In this document: positions 23,835 through 38,248 of the stretch, piece by piece | Numbering within the stretch: the first letter of the stretch is position 1 | How the letters are laid out: every line of letters begins with the position of its first letter | Assembly: GCF_006345805.1 (NCBI RefSeq) | Contig: NC_043003.1 | Coordinates: forward strand, 7,812,001 to 7,876,000 | DNA length: 64,000 bases | From: Octopus sinensis | Taxonomy: Eukaryota | Reading direction: 5' to 3' | Program-made: the position numbers and the translations under genes | Notes under the pieces: model-generated | What the model was told of the DNA's origin: nothing | The model's input: the letters and a program-made list of their open reading frames with translations, nothing else | Database searches by the model: none

Positions 23835-25770
23835 ATAGAAGTCGCACAGTATGCAATATCGTGAGGTTGTTTATTGAAAATATTGTGTCTACCGGGGAGT
23901 TTGTACTGTTTGTCAAGTCACAACAAGGACCTCAGACAGACAGTACTTCATGTAATATGCGTGCAGTTCGAAGCAATGCCGACTTTTGCAATACATCTAG
24001 ATTGAAGGGTATTTCTAAGGTTTTCGGATGGTTTTTCAGATGGGGTGGCATTGAACCCAATGCTCCGATGGTAATAGGGATAACCCTTATGCTTGACTCT
24101 CGTAGCTGCCACATTTTAGTGATTTCAAGTCTCAGATCTCCATATTTATCAACCTTTTCTCTTTCTTTCATGATGATATATTGATCTCCTGGCACTGCCA
24201 CGTCAATTATTAGGCACTCGTGCTTGTCTCCGGCCTTCGGTGCTCCAATACCTTGTCGAAGACCCAGAGGAATTTTGCCTTCCCTTTTCGTCCATTACTT
24301 TTTACGGTGTATGTTGGTACCACGCACCCGTAACCTCATATCCATACTTACAGCATAGTAGCCAGTTGAGGTTTTGGTCTACTTTGTCGTGTCTACGCTT
24401 ATTCTCTTTCTGCGCAAGATTTTCACAAGCGCAAACAATGTGAGTCACGCTTTCGACCCTCTTTCCACACATTCTGCAGAAGTCCGTTGCACTTGTGTGG
24501 TATATATTCTTTTTCACTGAGTTGGTATTCAATGCCTGGTTCTGGGCAGCAATGATTAGGCTCTCAGTATTCTTTTTTAGGTCACCTTTAAGACACCTCA
24601 ATATTGCTTCCTGGTCTTTTAATTTGTTGGTTTCACGGTAGAACTGACCATGTAACTCCATGCAGAGTAGGGTTTCTTCTCTCTTGTTGGCTATTCTGAT
24701 TATGAATTCATGAACACTCTTAAGTTCATTTTTGTGAAATCCTTCTGCATTAGCAGCATACTATAGCAGGTCTTCTTTGATGTTTACCAAATATTGTGTC
24801 ATGTTTCTTCTTTCACTCTTGATGCATTCCCGTACGCTAATCAGGCCATGTTCACCTTTACCTCTCTTAATGTAGAGCCTGTGTACATTCGCCATAGTTT
24901 GGAGGGCACCATACATTGTCATTGACTTTCGGGTAGTACGACGAATTAGTTAATCTCCGCTTGTGTCCATTTCAGGAAAGGTGCACTATAGAGGACTACA
25001 GCATCCCCTACAATTTACTCTTTTCTCTCCGCTTCAAAGTAAGCACAGTACTCTTCGAGAAATCCGAATTCCATCCTTATATCCTTGCTGCATATTTGCT
25101 CAATCTCAACCAGCCTCTCCTTTTCAGGCTCTTTTTTTGCGAACAGTTTAAAATTATCCATAAAAAGAAGATGGTTGAAACGCGGTCCATTCTTTTTCGG
25201 CTCATAGTGCGCATTGACTTTGCGTAGGAATGCAGAAAGTGGAATCAAGGCTATAATAAATAACAGAGGTGAACAAGAGACTCCTTGGACGATACCTATT
25301 TTGATTGTTACCTCGGCCAGTTGCTGGTTGTTATAGGAGAGACATGTTTTCCAAATAGTCATTCTGTACTTAATCAATGCACACATGTTCTCAACTACTC
25401 CACACATATCGAGTGTTTCCAAAATCCACGAATGCGGCAACATGTCGTAAGCCTTTTTGAAGTCTATCCAGGCCATGCATAAGTTCTTTTGGTACCGTTA
25501 AAAGTTCTTTATTATAACCTTATCTATCACAAGGTGGTCCTTGGTGCCCTTGGATTTTTTTCGGCATCCCTTTTGTTCTACTAGCAGTAGATTGTTTTCT
25601 GCAAGGAACGTATATAACTCCCCTGCGAGGATACCTGTTTATGCTTTCCACAGGAGGTTAAGACAAGCAATGGGTCGGTAATTTCCAACCTCATTGCCCT
25701 TTGACCGATCTTTCATTAACACTGTTGTTTTCCCCTCTACCATACACTCCGGAATTGCACTTTTTATTAT
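23835..25770 (-). mobile_element. Degraded 5'-truncated R4/Dong-clade LINE
   Basis: RT: AWIDFKKAYDMLPHSWIL, GIVQGVSCSPLLF, HLLFMDNFKLFAK. CRMCGKRVESVTHIVCAC; RLE end KYGDLRLEITKMW..IGALG..LQKSALL. The 3' end runs into (AAC)n/(AAT)n on the element strand. Confidence 0.9.
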
Positions 25771-28223
25771 TAAGGTGGTGAGCTGGCAGAATCGTTAGCA
25801 TGCCGGACAAAAGACTTACCGATATTCCGTCCGTCCTTACGTTCTGTGTACAAGTTCTACCGAGGTCGATAAAATAAGTCCTAGTTGAGCAGTGGAGTCG
25901 ATATAATCGACTTCATCCCTTCCCCGAAATTGCTGGCTTTGTGCTAAAATTTGAAATCATCATTATTATTATCAATATTTATATTTATACTTTCAACATT
26001 GAATGATCATTTATTTTAATCTCATCTCTGTAAACTATTTAATTCAGTATTAGCCAAAATTTTATCCGTTTTTCTTTGGATATTATAATTGTATTGAAAT
26101 TAAATATAATCAGATAGTGTAGGTAAACTCGTTTAATGTATTTCCTTAGAAATATATTAGTATACAATCAAATTTAACAAGATCGAGTGCATTCAAATGT
26201 AAGAAGAATATTGGACAGTAGGACACAAAAATGCATGCATCTTATGATCTAATGTCGTTTACAGTAATTTACGTGATTTTTGCATATGTTTAGGACCAGA
26301 ATATTATCTCTGGACTATTTCCGCAATGACAGATCTTCTCACGTTCGAATACACTCAGCGTGTTAAATACGATTCTATGCAAATAAATTTTATTCAACGC
26401 TGCTTCTTTTGTGCAACACAATTTATTGAATTCTAGCGCCACCAATTTTTACGCACACCAGCAAATGTACCCCATGTGGTTTTAATAAATGATACTTTCT
26501 TGAATTACGGATTTGGTGTGGGCAGCCGATGCATTAACGGTCCATAATGTATTTTTCCCATAGGTCTTCTCGGAAGAGAACTTTTTCCCAGGGATTATAT
26601 TTACATCGAAAGGTCTTCTCGCGTTCGAATGCACTCGAATATGTCAAGCAGGACTTTACCCAAACATATTTTATTGAATGCTGCTTCGTGTGTCATTATT
26701 TATCCAACAGAAATATATTTAATTTTTACGTATATTTAAAATTACTCTCTTAAAATGTTTTGGTCTACTCGGTAGACCAAGAACTAGGAAAGATGGACGA
26801 TATCCAAAGCATCAGTTGGAATCCAGTCAGAAAGTGTAATGATGACGGTTGCTTCTGACAGAACCCTATGAAGAGGGTGCCTGAGGATTCTAACCCCCAC
26901 GCCCACACCAGTATTAGTGGGCGGAGAAAACGGGTAGATAAATAAGAAAACAATATTAAAGCTCTACCCCGAAGTTTTGAATTTTATCTCTTCATGCATA
27001 GAGCAAAATATTCTGTTTATCATCTTTATTAGCCTCATCACCTCTACTCTAGTCTTCAAAATTTCCCATTTGCTTCTCATTTAGTTAGTCTATCAATTTT
27101 CTTCCCAATTCTTTCTAAACTTCCACTTTTATTCTTCTCAAGAATTTTATTTTGTTATTTTATTATTCTTTGTCTTCTTGTAACTCTTATTATTATGTCT
27201 ATTTTTTTTTTCAGAAACGAAAACAAAAAACACTAGTTTCTTTGAAATTTTAAATTCTTTTCTCATATTTCTTTTATCTTCAAAATTTTTGATTTTTTTC
27301 TTAGTTCGATTATTTTTCATTGCCTTTAGTCTATGATTTCCGAAAATTATGTATCTTCTGCTCTATAATACTGTTTCATTTCTCTCTTAATAGTTATTGC
27401 TAAAGCAGCAGCATAAAATATATTATCTATATTTATATTTCTACATTTTTGTATCATTCAAATAATTATAGTGTGGCGGCAGTGAACCCACCTCATGAAT
27501 ATTCTTTTGTTTGTAGAAAGATATCTTAACCTTTTGTTTATATTTTTACCTTATAGCTTCAAATTTACATATTCAAATTTAAATTGCTTCTACCTTAATT
27601 CCTAAAGCCATCTCGCCATTTATTTTTCAAGGTGCTTTCGTGTTTTTACTGTTGTTTGTAGCAGTCATTGGCTTCTACTAGCTTCGCCATTACCTATGGT
27701 AATGTTTTTGGCTTCGAACATTAGGCGCTTACAACTAAGCAAATCTTTTCTATTTCTTCCTTTGAGTTTTCTGGTTATCTAACCTTGAATTGATAAACTA
27801 TAAACGACAGCCATCACCGAAAAATTTACTGGCATTATCGATCTTTAATTGAAGAATTCTTCCATGCCGTTGGCTTTAGTTTGTCATAGATAATGGTTTG
27901 GATTGGAATAATAGTAAAACGAGCGCTAAGATGAAGTGAGTGAAGATGTTAATTAATTAATATACTGTAATGAAGAAAAAAAAGTATCTATAAAGAAGAC
28001 AACTATAGTGAAGAGAAAAAGAGAGAATATTCAAATCATAAATTCTAGATACGAAATTCAGAGGAGACAGGCCTAAAATTAAATATAGAATTAGATATAG
28101 AAGGGAAACCACGATGCCGCGGGTTTAATTGCAAGCACCCTGACAACTCAGCCTTCACTTTCGGCTTTAGTTTATGCTTACAATTTCCTTGGTGTTTTTT
28201 TGTGTCTAATAAAAAGAACGGAT

Positions 28224-28490
28224 AAGGCGGCAAGCTGGCAGAAACGTTAGCACGCCGGGCGAAATGCTTAGCGGTATTTCGTCTGCCGTTACGTTGTGAG
28301 TTCAAATTCCGCCGGGGTCGACTTTGCCTTTCATCCTTTCGGGGTCGATAAATTAAGTACCAGTTACGCACTGGGGTCGATGTAATCGACTTAATACCTA
28401 TGTCTGTCCTTGTTTGTCCCCTCTGTGTTTAGCCCCTTGTGGGTAATAAAGAAATAGGTATTTCGTCTGCTGCTACGTTCTGAGTTCAGT
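28224..28490 (+). mobile_element. SINE family M monomer plus start of a second unit
   Basis: Complete head; tail A ...agccccttgtgggtaataaagaaata|ggtatttcg (junction 28456/28457). Confidence 0.9.
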
Positions 28491-28633
28491 CAGCAAATTC
28501 GCCATTACCCTTTGCCGGAGCCGCGTAGATCTTAGGTGTTTCGCTCATAAACACACAAATCGCCCCTTCTGAGATTCGAACTCGCGATCCCCCGACCGCG
28601 AATCCGCTGTTCTAACCATTAGACCATGTGCCT

Positions 28634-28700
<67 letters not shown>

Positions 28701-30169
28701 CACACACACACACACATATATACATACACCAACTTTCACACAACAACTTTCTCACCTATATATATATATATATATATATATAGATATATATATATATATA
28801 TGTATGTATATATGTATATATGTGTATATATATATATTACAGAAAATACAGGTATTCTGTAAAATACCGACTCACTCGGCACTTCTCAGTTTGTTTACAA
28901 AATATTCTCATACACATGTGTGTGTGTGTGTGTGTATGCATGTATGTGTATGTGTCTACATGTATATAATTACATTCAAGACTACTTTATTTGATATATT
29001 CATTTATTTATGAGATAGTATATTAAAATTCTAAGGAGATTTGTCCGTTAATTATAGCAGCTGAACCTAAATACATTTACGAGATTAGATTGAAGTGAAC
29101 GCCTTGCTATTACAGGCAAGTAGTACATTTACTGATATTTGAAAAGAAAGTTTTGATAATTTTCATCAACAACCTTCTCCAGCTGCAGCCAGCCTCAACC
29201 ATTCTCCTGCCAAATTTACCGAAGATTCTAATACCTTTTAGTCGTTTTATCTTTGCTGTCGTTTCTTTACATTTTCTCTTGTGGTTTTTAAAAAACCCGT
29301 ATCTCTTTTAACGAGAGCCGTTTAATCTGCGTGTATGTATGCTTGTGTGTGTATATGTCCGTATCTGTGGGTGTGTTCATTTATTTCTTATTTAGATTTT
29401 TTTTTGTCATTTGGCACGTCTTATGTAACATATTTTCTTGAAGTTTTACATATCTTCTGGGATTTTCCTATTGCTTATAGTCACTTTTATCTCTCACCAA
29501 TCATTTTTTTCTTCTTTTATCTTCCATTCTTTTTTACATCACGCAATTTGATTTCTAACTTTTTCAAAGTTTTCCATTTAAACTTTGAATGTCTATCGAT
29601 GTTAAGTCTTCTTCGGCAAATTCATCTCAATTTTTTTTTTTATCAACACATAATTTATTTTTTTCTTTCTAATTTTATTATCACTAACTTTAATGTTATT
29701 TTCCTCATTTGTTGCTCAACGGCTGTAATAATTTTAAATCACATCAGCATAAAAGCTACCCAACCGACAAATGAACGTCCCTCCCCTCACTAACACTACA
29801 GTCATCAAGAATATAACGATATACCATCGATCTGCCGTTTTCTATTTCTATCGCCATTACAATGTTCTTTGAATCCCTCTCAATTCACCATTTCTGTATC
29901 TAAGCTTTCAGAATTCAACAATATATCACAACTATCAACGTAGATCTGACAATAATTGTAGAAACACCAAAACAAAATATCTTTTTAAGCAACATAAAAG
30001 TACAATCTCTGCAGTGGCAGATGCAGGAATGTTGTTCTTGTTTTCCGCGCAACACCCTTTCTAGCCGAGCAGACACCAGAAAATCGAGACCAAGGTTTTT
30101 CGGGCAACAGTCAAGGAAAAAGGAGTCAACCCTTACTAGAATAAGAGTTGCCAGACCTACTAGATGTTA

Positions 30170-30518
30170 CAGTTCTATATTTAAGAGATGAGGAATTATG
30201 AACATTATTTAAATTATTTACATTATTTACATTGGACGGATATTTGTCCTCATCTTGTTTGTTGTCAACACAGGGTTTCACCTGATATACCATCCAACCT
30301 TCATCAGGTGTCTTGGAGAAATTTCGAACCTGGGTTCTCATTCCTAAGGTATTTTCTGTTGTTGTTGTTGTTGTTGTTGTTGCTGCTGTTGTTGTTGTGT
30401 TGTTGTTGTTGTTGTTGTTGTTGTTGCTATTGTTGTTGTTCAGGTCACTGCCTGGAATCGAACTCGGAATATCGGGGTAAGTAGCCCGCGCTATTAACAC
30501 TACGCTATATGCCCGTGG
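30170..30518 (-). mobile_element. tRNA-headed element: tRNA-like head + (AAC)n + Penelope-like tail with degenerate hammerhead
   Basis: Minus strand: TAGCGTAGTGTT (A box) and GAGTTCGATTCC (B box) at 30518-30441, (AAC)n, then GACAC-CTGATGA-aggttggatggtatatcaggt-GAAAC-cct-GTGTT at 30312-30267. Confidence 0.65.
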
Positions 30519-31427
30519 GAATATGGCGTAGTGGACTAGATGTTACCCGACCTGCCCGCTAGAGTGCGCAGTCTATGTTTGTTGATATTTTCAACTTTCG
30601 GGCAACACCAAAAAAACAAAATCCTGGACCCCGCCGCCTGCTTCAAACCCAAAGACCTGAGACACAAAAATACAACTCAGCATCAGACATCTGTGGTTCT
30701 CAAGCGAGGTTCACTTGGCCCCTGGGGACTCATAAAGGATTTTCTTGTTAAAATTTAGGGTTCCCTAAATTGTTTATATTTCTTCAAGACAAAAATATTT
30801 CAACAATTTTTTTATACAATTCATAATTTTTATCATTAGGGTCACTAGCCTCAAGACCCCCACAAAAAACACATATTGCCTGAAGCAGACCCAAAAGTGC
30901 CACCCTTTTAAAAGTGCCAGCCAGATCGGACCGCCCCTACCGCTCCCCCTAGGTACGCTAGCGATTAGGGTTCTGCGAGCTGACAGGATCTTTAGCGTGT
31001 CGGACAAAATGCTTCGCGGAGTTTCATCCGGTTCTTTACATTCTGAATTTGTACATCACCAAGGAATCTTGCTTTTATCTCTCTGGGACCAACAAAATAA
31101 AGAATCAGCCAGCAACAGCTAAAGAATGGGGGGGAGTGAAGCGATGGCGTCGCCAAAGCCCCCTTCCCTCAAAATTACAACCCTTTTATCTAAATCGTAA
31201 ACCATTATTAGCACCAAAGGAGGGAATGTGGCAGAATCGTTACCGAACTGGACGAAATGCTTAGCAGTATTTGCTCATCTTTACTGTTCTGAGTTCAAAC
31301 TCCGCCGAGGTGTACATTGCCTCCTATCCTTTCGGAATCCATGAAACAAGTACCAGTCGAGCACTGGGGTCGATAAAATCAGCTAGCCCTTCCTCCAAAA
31401 TTTCAGACCTGTAATATAAAGGATCAT

Positions 31428-32048
31428 TAAGGCAACGAACTGATAGAAACGTTAGCACGCCAGACGAAATTATGCTTAGCGGTATTTCGTCTGCCGCTAC
31501 GTTCTGAGTTCAAATTCCGCCGAGGTCGACTTTGCCTCTCATCATTTCGGGGTCGATTGAATAAGTACCAGTTACTGGGGTCGATATAATCGACTTAATC
31601 CGTTTGTCTGTCCTTGTTTGTCCTCTCTGTGTTTAGCCCCTTGTGTGCAGTAAAGAAATAGGTATTTCGTCTGCCGCTAAGTTCTGAGTTCAAATTCCGC
31701 CGAAGTCGACTTTGCCTTTCATATTTTCGGGGTCGATTAAATAAGTACCAGTTACGCACTCGGGTCGATGTAATCGACTTAATCCCTTGTCTGTCCTTGT
31801 TTGTTCCCTTTATGTTTAGGCCCTTGTGAGCAATAAAGAAATAAGAAACGTCAGCACGCCGGGCGAAATTAAGCTTAGCGGTTTTTCGTCTGCCTTTACA
31901 TTCTGAGTTCAAATTCCACCGAGGTCGACTTTGCATGTCATCCTTTCTGAGTCGATAAATTAAGTACCAGTTGCGTACTGGGGATCGATCTAATTCACTG
32001 GACCCTTCCCCCAAATTTCGGGCCTTGTGCTTAGATTAGAAAAGAATA
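31428..32048 (+). mobile_element. SINE family M trimer
   Basis: Junctions aaagaaata|ggtatttcg (~31660) and aaagaaata|agaaacgtcagc (~31845); terminal tail B. Confidence 0.9.
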
Positions 32049-32471
32049 TAAAGGATTATTACTGTTGCTGTTCTTCTTCTTGTTATAATCATTATTATTG
32101 CATGTAAAGCTGGTTAATTCCCTTCCTTTGCAACGACAATCACGTAATGCCTGCTTTAGCACGTAATCTCCGTATGGTTCCGTTTCTGTCGGTCTTAGGA
32201 CCCAGGTGTTAAATGGAAGCTAATTAATCGATTTGAGGAGAAGAAAGAACGAAAAGAGAAAACCTCATACCTAACGATATTCCTGATATCATCTAATTAA
32301 TTATTGAATAGCAACAGGGGAGGTGGTAATATTAGTACAGAGTGATGGTAGTGGTGATAATGGTGGTGGTTGGTGGTGGTGGTGGTGGTGGTTGCAGCGG
32401 TAGAAATATGGGTGGTGATGATGGAGTAGTAGTAGTAGTATTAGTAGTAGTAGTAGTAGTAGTAGTAGTAA

Positions 32472-32504
<33 letters not shown>

Positions 32505-32749
32505 AAGAAGTAGTAGTCGTAGTAGTAGGGGTGGTGGTGACTGTAGTAGCAGTTTTGATGGTAGTAGTAATTATCGTTGTTAAAAGAAGGGACGTCAGGT
32601 GGCGGTAGGGTAGGGATCATCTCACCCCTCCACCTCGTATTAAAATAGACATAATAATAAGAGTTACAAAAAGACAAAGAATAATAAAATAACAAAATAA
32701 AATTCTTGAGAAGCATAATAGTAGTAGTAGTAGAAGAAGAAGAAGAAGA

Positions 32750-32787
<38 letters not shown>

Positions 32788-32814
32788 ACGAAGGAGTAGT
32801 AGTAGTAGACGAAG

Positions 32815-32847
<33 letters not shown>

Positions 32848-32850
32848 AAA

Positions 32851-32916
<66 letters not shown>

Positions 32917-33557
32917 ACGAAGGAGTAGTAGTAGTAGTAGAAGTAGTAGTAGTAGTAGTAGGTAGTAGTAGTAGTAGTAGGGGCGGTGATGACTGTAGTA
33001 GTAGTTTTGATGGTAGTAGTAATTATCGTTGTTAAAAGAAGGGACGTCAGGTGGCGGTAGGGTAGGGATCATCTCACTCCCCCCCCCGCCTCGTATTAAA
33101 TCGCATTTATTCAAATGTTTATTATTGATGAATTACATTAGTGTCTTTAACGATAAATTTGTGTGGTCGTATGCTTGTCTCTAAAACCGTTTCTTAACAT
33201 TGGAGGAACACAGCGAACTCAAGAAGTATCTCGTCCTACAGTCCATTTCATAACACTACATATCCACAAAGTTACCATCACCCTTACCTTTCGTGTTTTC
33301 TGCAGAGCCGATAAAATAAAATACCCGTCAGGTATTCGGGTCGATGTAATCGAGTAAGACTCACCCTTATATCCCACCAGACCTTGTGCCTTCATTAGCT
33401 GCATATCCTCCGTTTTTACGTTCTGGTCTCAAATTCCGTTGAGGTTGCCCTTCATCGGTTCTGGGTCGATATTATAAGTAACAGTCTAGAAGTGGGGTCG
33501 ATGTAACCGACTAGCCCGCATCCCTAAACATTATCAGGTTTTGCTACAGAAGAGAGG

Positions 33558-33618
<61 letters not shown>

Positions 33619-33619
33619 T

Positions 33620-33952
33620 ATGTTTGACTTTTGCTTTATGTCTGTACAAGTTGGCCCCAAGTCTCACCCAGAGACCTCAAGAGACAACAGGTTGGAAGTT
33701 CACGTTGTTGTTATGCCTAGTGTGCCATATATTTGGTTGTGTTTTTTTTTTTGGTGTTGTACTAGTGAATGTCTAATACATAAATTTTTTTTAAAAAGTT
33801 TGTTTTAAACATTGGGATTACATAGAGAGTATTTTGCATAGGATATGAGTAGTTTCCATGAGGACTATCTTTTGAATTTCTGCTATTTTGGGGTTTCCTG
33901 GTATCTGAGTTAGGTATCAATCAGCCCCTTTCGCTATCATTCCCAGGGCACC
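33620..33952 (-). mobile_element. Short 5'-truncated R4/Dong copy inside (ATT)n
   Basis: Minus strand IGALGMIAKG..YLTQIPGNPKIAEIQKIVLMETTHILCKILSM*, then 3' UTR; (ATT)n on both sides. Confidence 0.85.
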
Positions 33953-34670
<718 letters not shown>

Positions 34671-35092
34671 CTGGTTGTATGGAAAATTTTCAATACCAAT
34701 AACACCTTATTATTGTTTGCATTGTATCATTATCAATATGTCTGGTATTCTTACTTCTGCAGTCGGTTCTTGTCTTTTTATGCTTCGTTGATTGAATACA
34801 ACGTACGACAATAAAAATGTCATCGAAGGCCATTGAACTAACACACTCACAATTCTTCTCTTAAGAGATGAATACAATATACCGAGGCTGCTTTTCGTTT
34901 CTTACAGCAGGAATATAATTGTATATTTAAACAGGGGAAAAGTTGGTTAGCTGAATAATCAACCATAGTTTATTACAGACACAGAAAACAAAAGTGAAAA
35001 CTACTTCAACATTGTCACATCAGAATACATCCGATCTTCCACCACGTTGTAGTTTCACTCTTACATATAGACAAAAAAAAAATGTTCACAGT

Positions 35093-35515
35093 AGGCGCAG
35101 GAGTGGCTGTGTGCTAAGTAGCTTGCTTATGAACCACATGGTTCCGGGTTCAGTCCCACTGCGTAGCATCTTGGGCAAATGTCTTCTACTATAGCCTCGG
35201 GTCGACCAAAGCCTTGTGAGTGGATTTGGTAGACGGAAACTGAAAGAAGCCTGTCGTATGTATGTATGTATATGTATGTATATATATGTATGTGTGTGTG
35301 TTTGTGTATCTGTGTTTGTTCCTCTAGCATTGCTTGACAACTGATGCTGGTGTGTTTACGTCCCCGTCACTTAGCGGTTCGGCAAAAAGAGACCGATAGA
35401 ATAAGTACTGGGCTTACAAAGAATAAGTCCCGGGGTCGATTTGCTCGACTAAAGGTGCTGCTCCAGCATGGCCGCAGTCAAATGACTGAAACAAGTAAAA
35501 ATAAAAGTAAGTAAA
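35093..35515 (+). mobile_element. SINE family C
   Basis: Same head, core, internal microsatellite and tail as 16175-16562. Confidence 0.88.
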
Positions 35516-36333
35516 AACATATCTGACCAAGGCATTGCGATTAAAACATATAAATCATGAAATTCTGGAACTTAAGCTACACCAGAAGTTATATGTATGT
35601 AAATTATAGAGTATTTGTGTAAACAAAGCTAGTTAAGTTGTTTTCCCGTAGATTGTAAAAAAGGTTGAATAAATTTAATCGATATTCGTATCTTATTGGT
35701 TTCTCATCAGAGGCGTCTACATCAATTTGACCAACCTCAGAGAAACAAACAACCAATTTGTTTATAAATTCAACAATCAGAGTTGCTTCAGAAAATTGGA
35801 GCATACTAATTTGCATAAGATATGGGGGCCTGTCAACGGGGATCTTCAGTCCACACAGTTTCAAAGTGTGATATAATACATGTACAATGAGAGAAAAGCA
35901 TAACTAAAGATACAGTGATGTCACACAACCTCACAGCCTATAACACCTTAGAATCTTCTTTCTCTCTCCCCTTCTGTCTCCCTTCCCTCATTCCTACCCC
36001 CTTCTCTCTCTCATTCTCTACATCGTTCTCCAGTCACCATTATCCCTACAAATATCATTGTCACCGTCTCCGCCACCGCCACATACGGGAGTTAGAGCAT
36101 TACACTCATTTTTACGTATGTATAAACATATATTGCTTGTTCTTGAACTATTGATACTAACATTGTTGTAGCGAACGTTGCTACCAATTGGCTTCTTCTC
36201 CATCTCCACCCCACCTCTTTTTAATCTTTCTTCGCTTTTTTATTCACGCGCTTTCGCTTATTTGGTATCTTCTGGTGCCGTTATATTTTCTTTGATTGTT
36301 TCGTTCAGTCTTTCATACTACTACTACTACTAC

Positions 36334-36415
<82 letters not shown>

Positions 36416-36544
36416 CCTATCTACTATAGGCACATGGCCAGAAATTTTGGAGGTGGTGGCTAGTCGATTACATCGACCCCCAGCGTGTAATTGGTACTTA
36501 GTTTATCGACGCCGAAAGGATGAAAGGCAAAGTCGACCCCGGCC

Positions 36545-36594
<50 letters not shown>

Positions 36595-36605
36595 TAATAA
36601 TAATA

Positions 36606-36654
<49 letters not shown>

Positions 36655-36774
36655 TAATAATAATGATGATTATAATAATAATAATAATAATAATAATTAT
36701 TATTATTATTATTATTATAATGATGATGATGATGATGACGATCATCATCGTAATAATCATAATAATAGTAATTG

Positions 36775-38150
36775 TGGACTAAAAAAATGTATGTTTCTAA
36801 TACCAAGAGGATACACAACGGCGAGAAAATCAAGGATATTGAGACAAATGGATGAGAATATCTGGGGATTTTAGAATACGACAAAATCAAGGAAAATGAA
36901 ATGCAAAAAAGCTTTAGGCAAGAATATCGCTGAAGAACCGAGTTAATTATGGGAAGAAGACTCAATGGAGAAAATAAAATCAGAGCAATGAACAGATGGT
37001 CTGTTTCATTAATGCGATACGGCGCAGGTGTTGTAAGATGGACAAAGAATGTGCTTGAGGAAATGAAGAGGAAAACTAGAAAAGTGATGACAATTAATGA
37101 ACGACACCCCAAAAGCGATATTGACAGACTGCGTGTTCCTAGAAACAGGGGTGGAAGCGGTCTCATAAGATGCAAGATCTATGTTGTCAACAAGAAGAAC
37201 TGTCTGGCATCTTTGTTTACCGCTGTTAAAATTAACACTATAATACCTACCGAAAAGGCAATGCACCCACAAACATTTAAGAAACCAGATGAAGAAGAAA
37301 GAGTAAATGACTGGAAAATGAAACCGTTACATGATCAATACCTCAGAGAAGTCGAAGGAAAAGACAAGATCAACACTTGAAGATGGCTAAGGAAAAGTGA
37401 TCTGAAAGGATGCACTAAGGCATTGATTGTGCAGAGCCCAGGAACATGCTCTGAGAACTAATGACACTAAGTTCCAAATAGATAAGAATAGAGAATCACC
37501 CCTTTATAGAATGTGTGGCAGCAGAAACGGTGCATTCTCACATATTCTGAGTGTAGTAAGCTGGGACAAAAGCAGTACAAAAGGAGGCAGAATAACGTGG
37601 CTAAGTTCGTCCACTGGAGGCTATGTGAAAAGTACCGCCTGAATAGAGCACGGAAATGGTACGAATAAGAACCAGAAGGAGTCACCGACAACAAGGAACA
37701 TAAGATACCGTGGGATTTTTAGAATCTAATGTGACTCCCTAATCGATACTCAGTAACCAGATATTGTTGTGGTAGATAAAGGGGAAAAAAAGAAAGCCAA
37801 ATCACAGATTTTGCAATAATGGAGATACACACATAAGGGGCAAAGAACTAGAAAAGACTGAAAAGTACCGATGACATTGTAAGAATGTGGACTATGAGGA
37901 GAGCGTCTGTCATTCCAGTAGTTATAGGGGCATTCGGGAATTGACATGAGAGCAGAGCAAGTCCAAAGAACTGCGCTGCTGGGGACAGCTAAGATTTTGA
38001 GATTCGTACTTGGAGATTCCTACTTTTAATGTCTCCCAGGACAATTAACAACCAGGTATCAAAGCTTATAATGTGCGGAGAGAGACCCTGAGAGACCTCT
38101 GACAGCAGGATGCTGTCCGCTCTCACAGAATCATACCAGAATAGACAAGA
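36775..38150 (+). mobile_element. Degraded 5'-truncated R4/Dong-clade LINE
   Basis: YLGILEYD, RLNGENKIRAMNRWSVSLMRYGAG, HPKSDIDRLRVPRNRGGSGLI, KPLHDQYLREV; (AAT)n on both sides. Confidence 0.88.
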
Positions 38151-38188
38151 CCGAATATTATGAGAAGTAATGCAAAATAATAATAATG

Positions 38189-38226
<38 letters not shown>

Positions 38227-38248
38227 TAATAATAATAATAATAATAAT

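Noticed and set aside
26310-26700. Diverged ~100-bp direct repeat about 280 bp apart
   Set aside because: Too degraded to define a unit; probably old repeat debris.
27500-27950. Possible degraded RT-like coding remnant
   Set aside because: No motif could be aligned convincingly in any frame.
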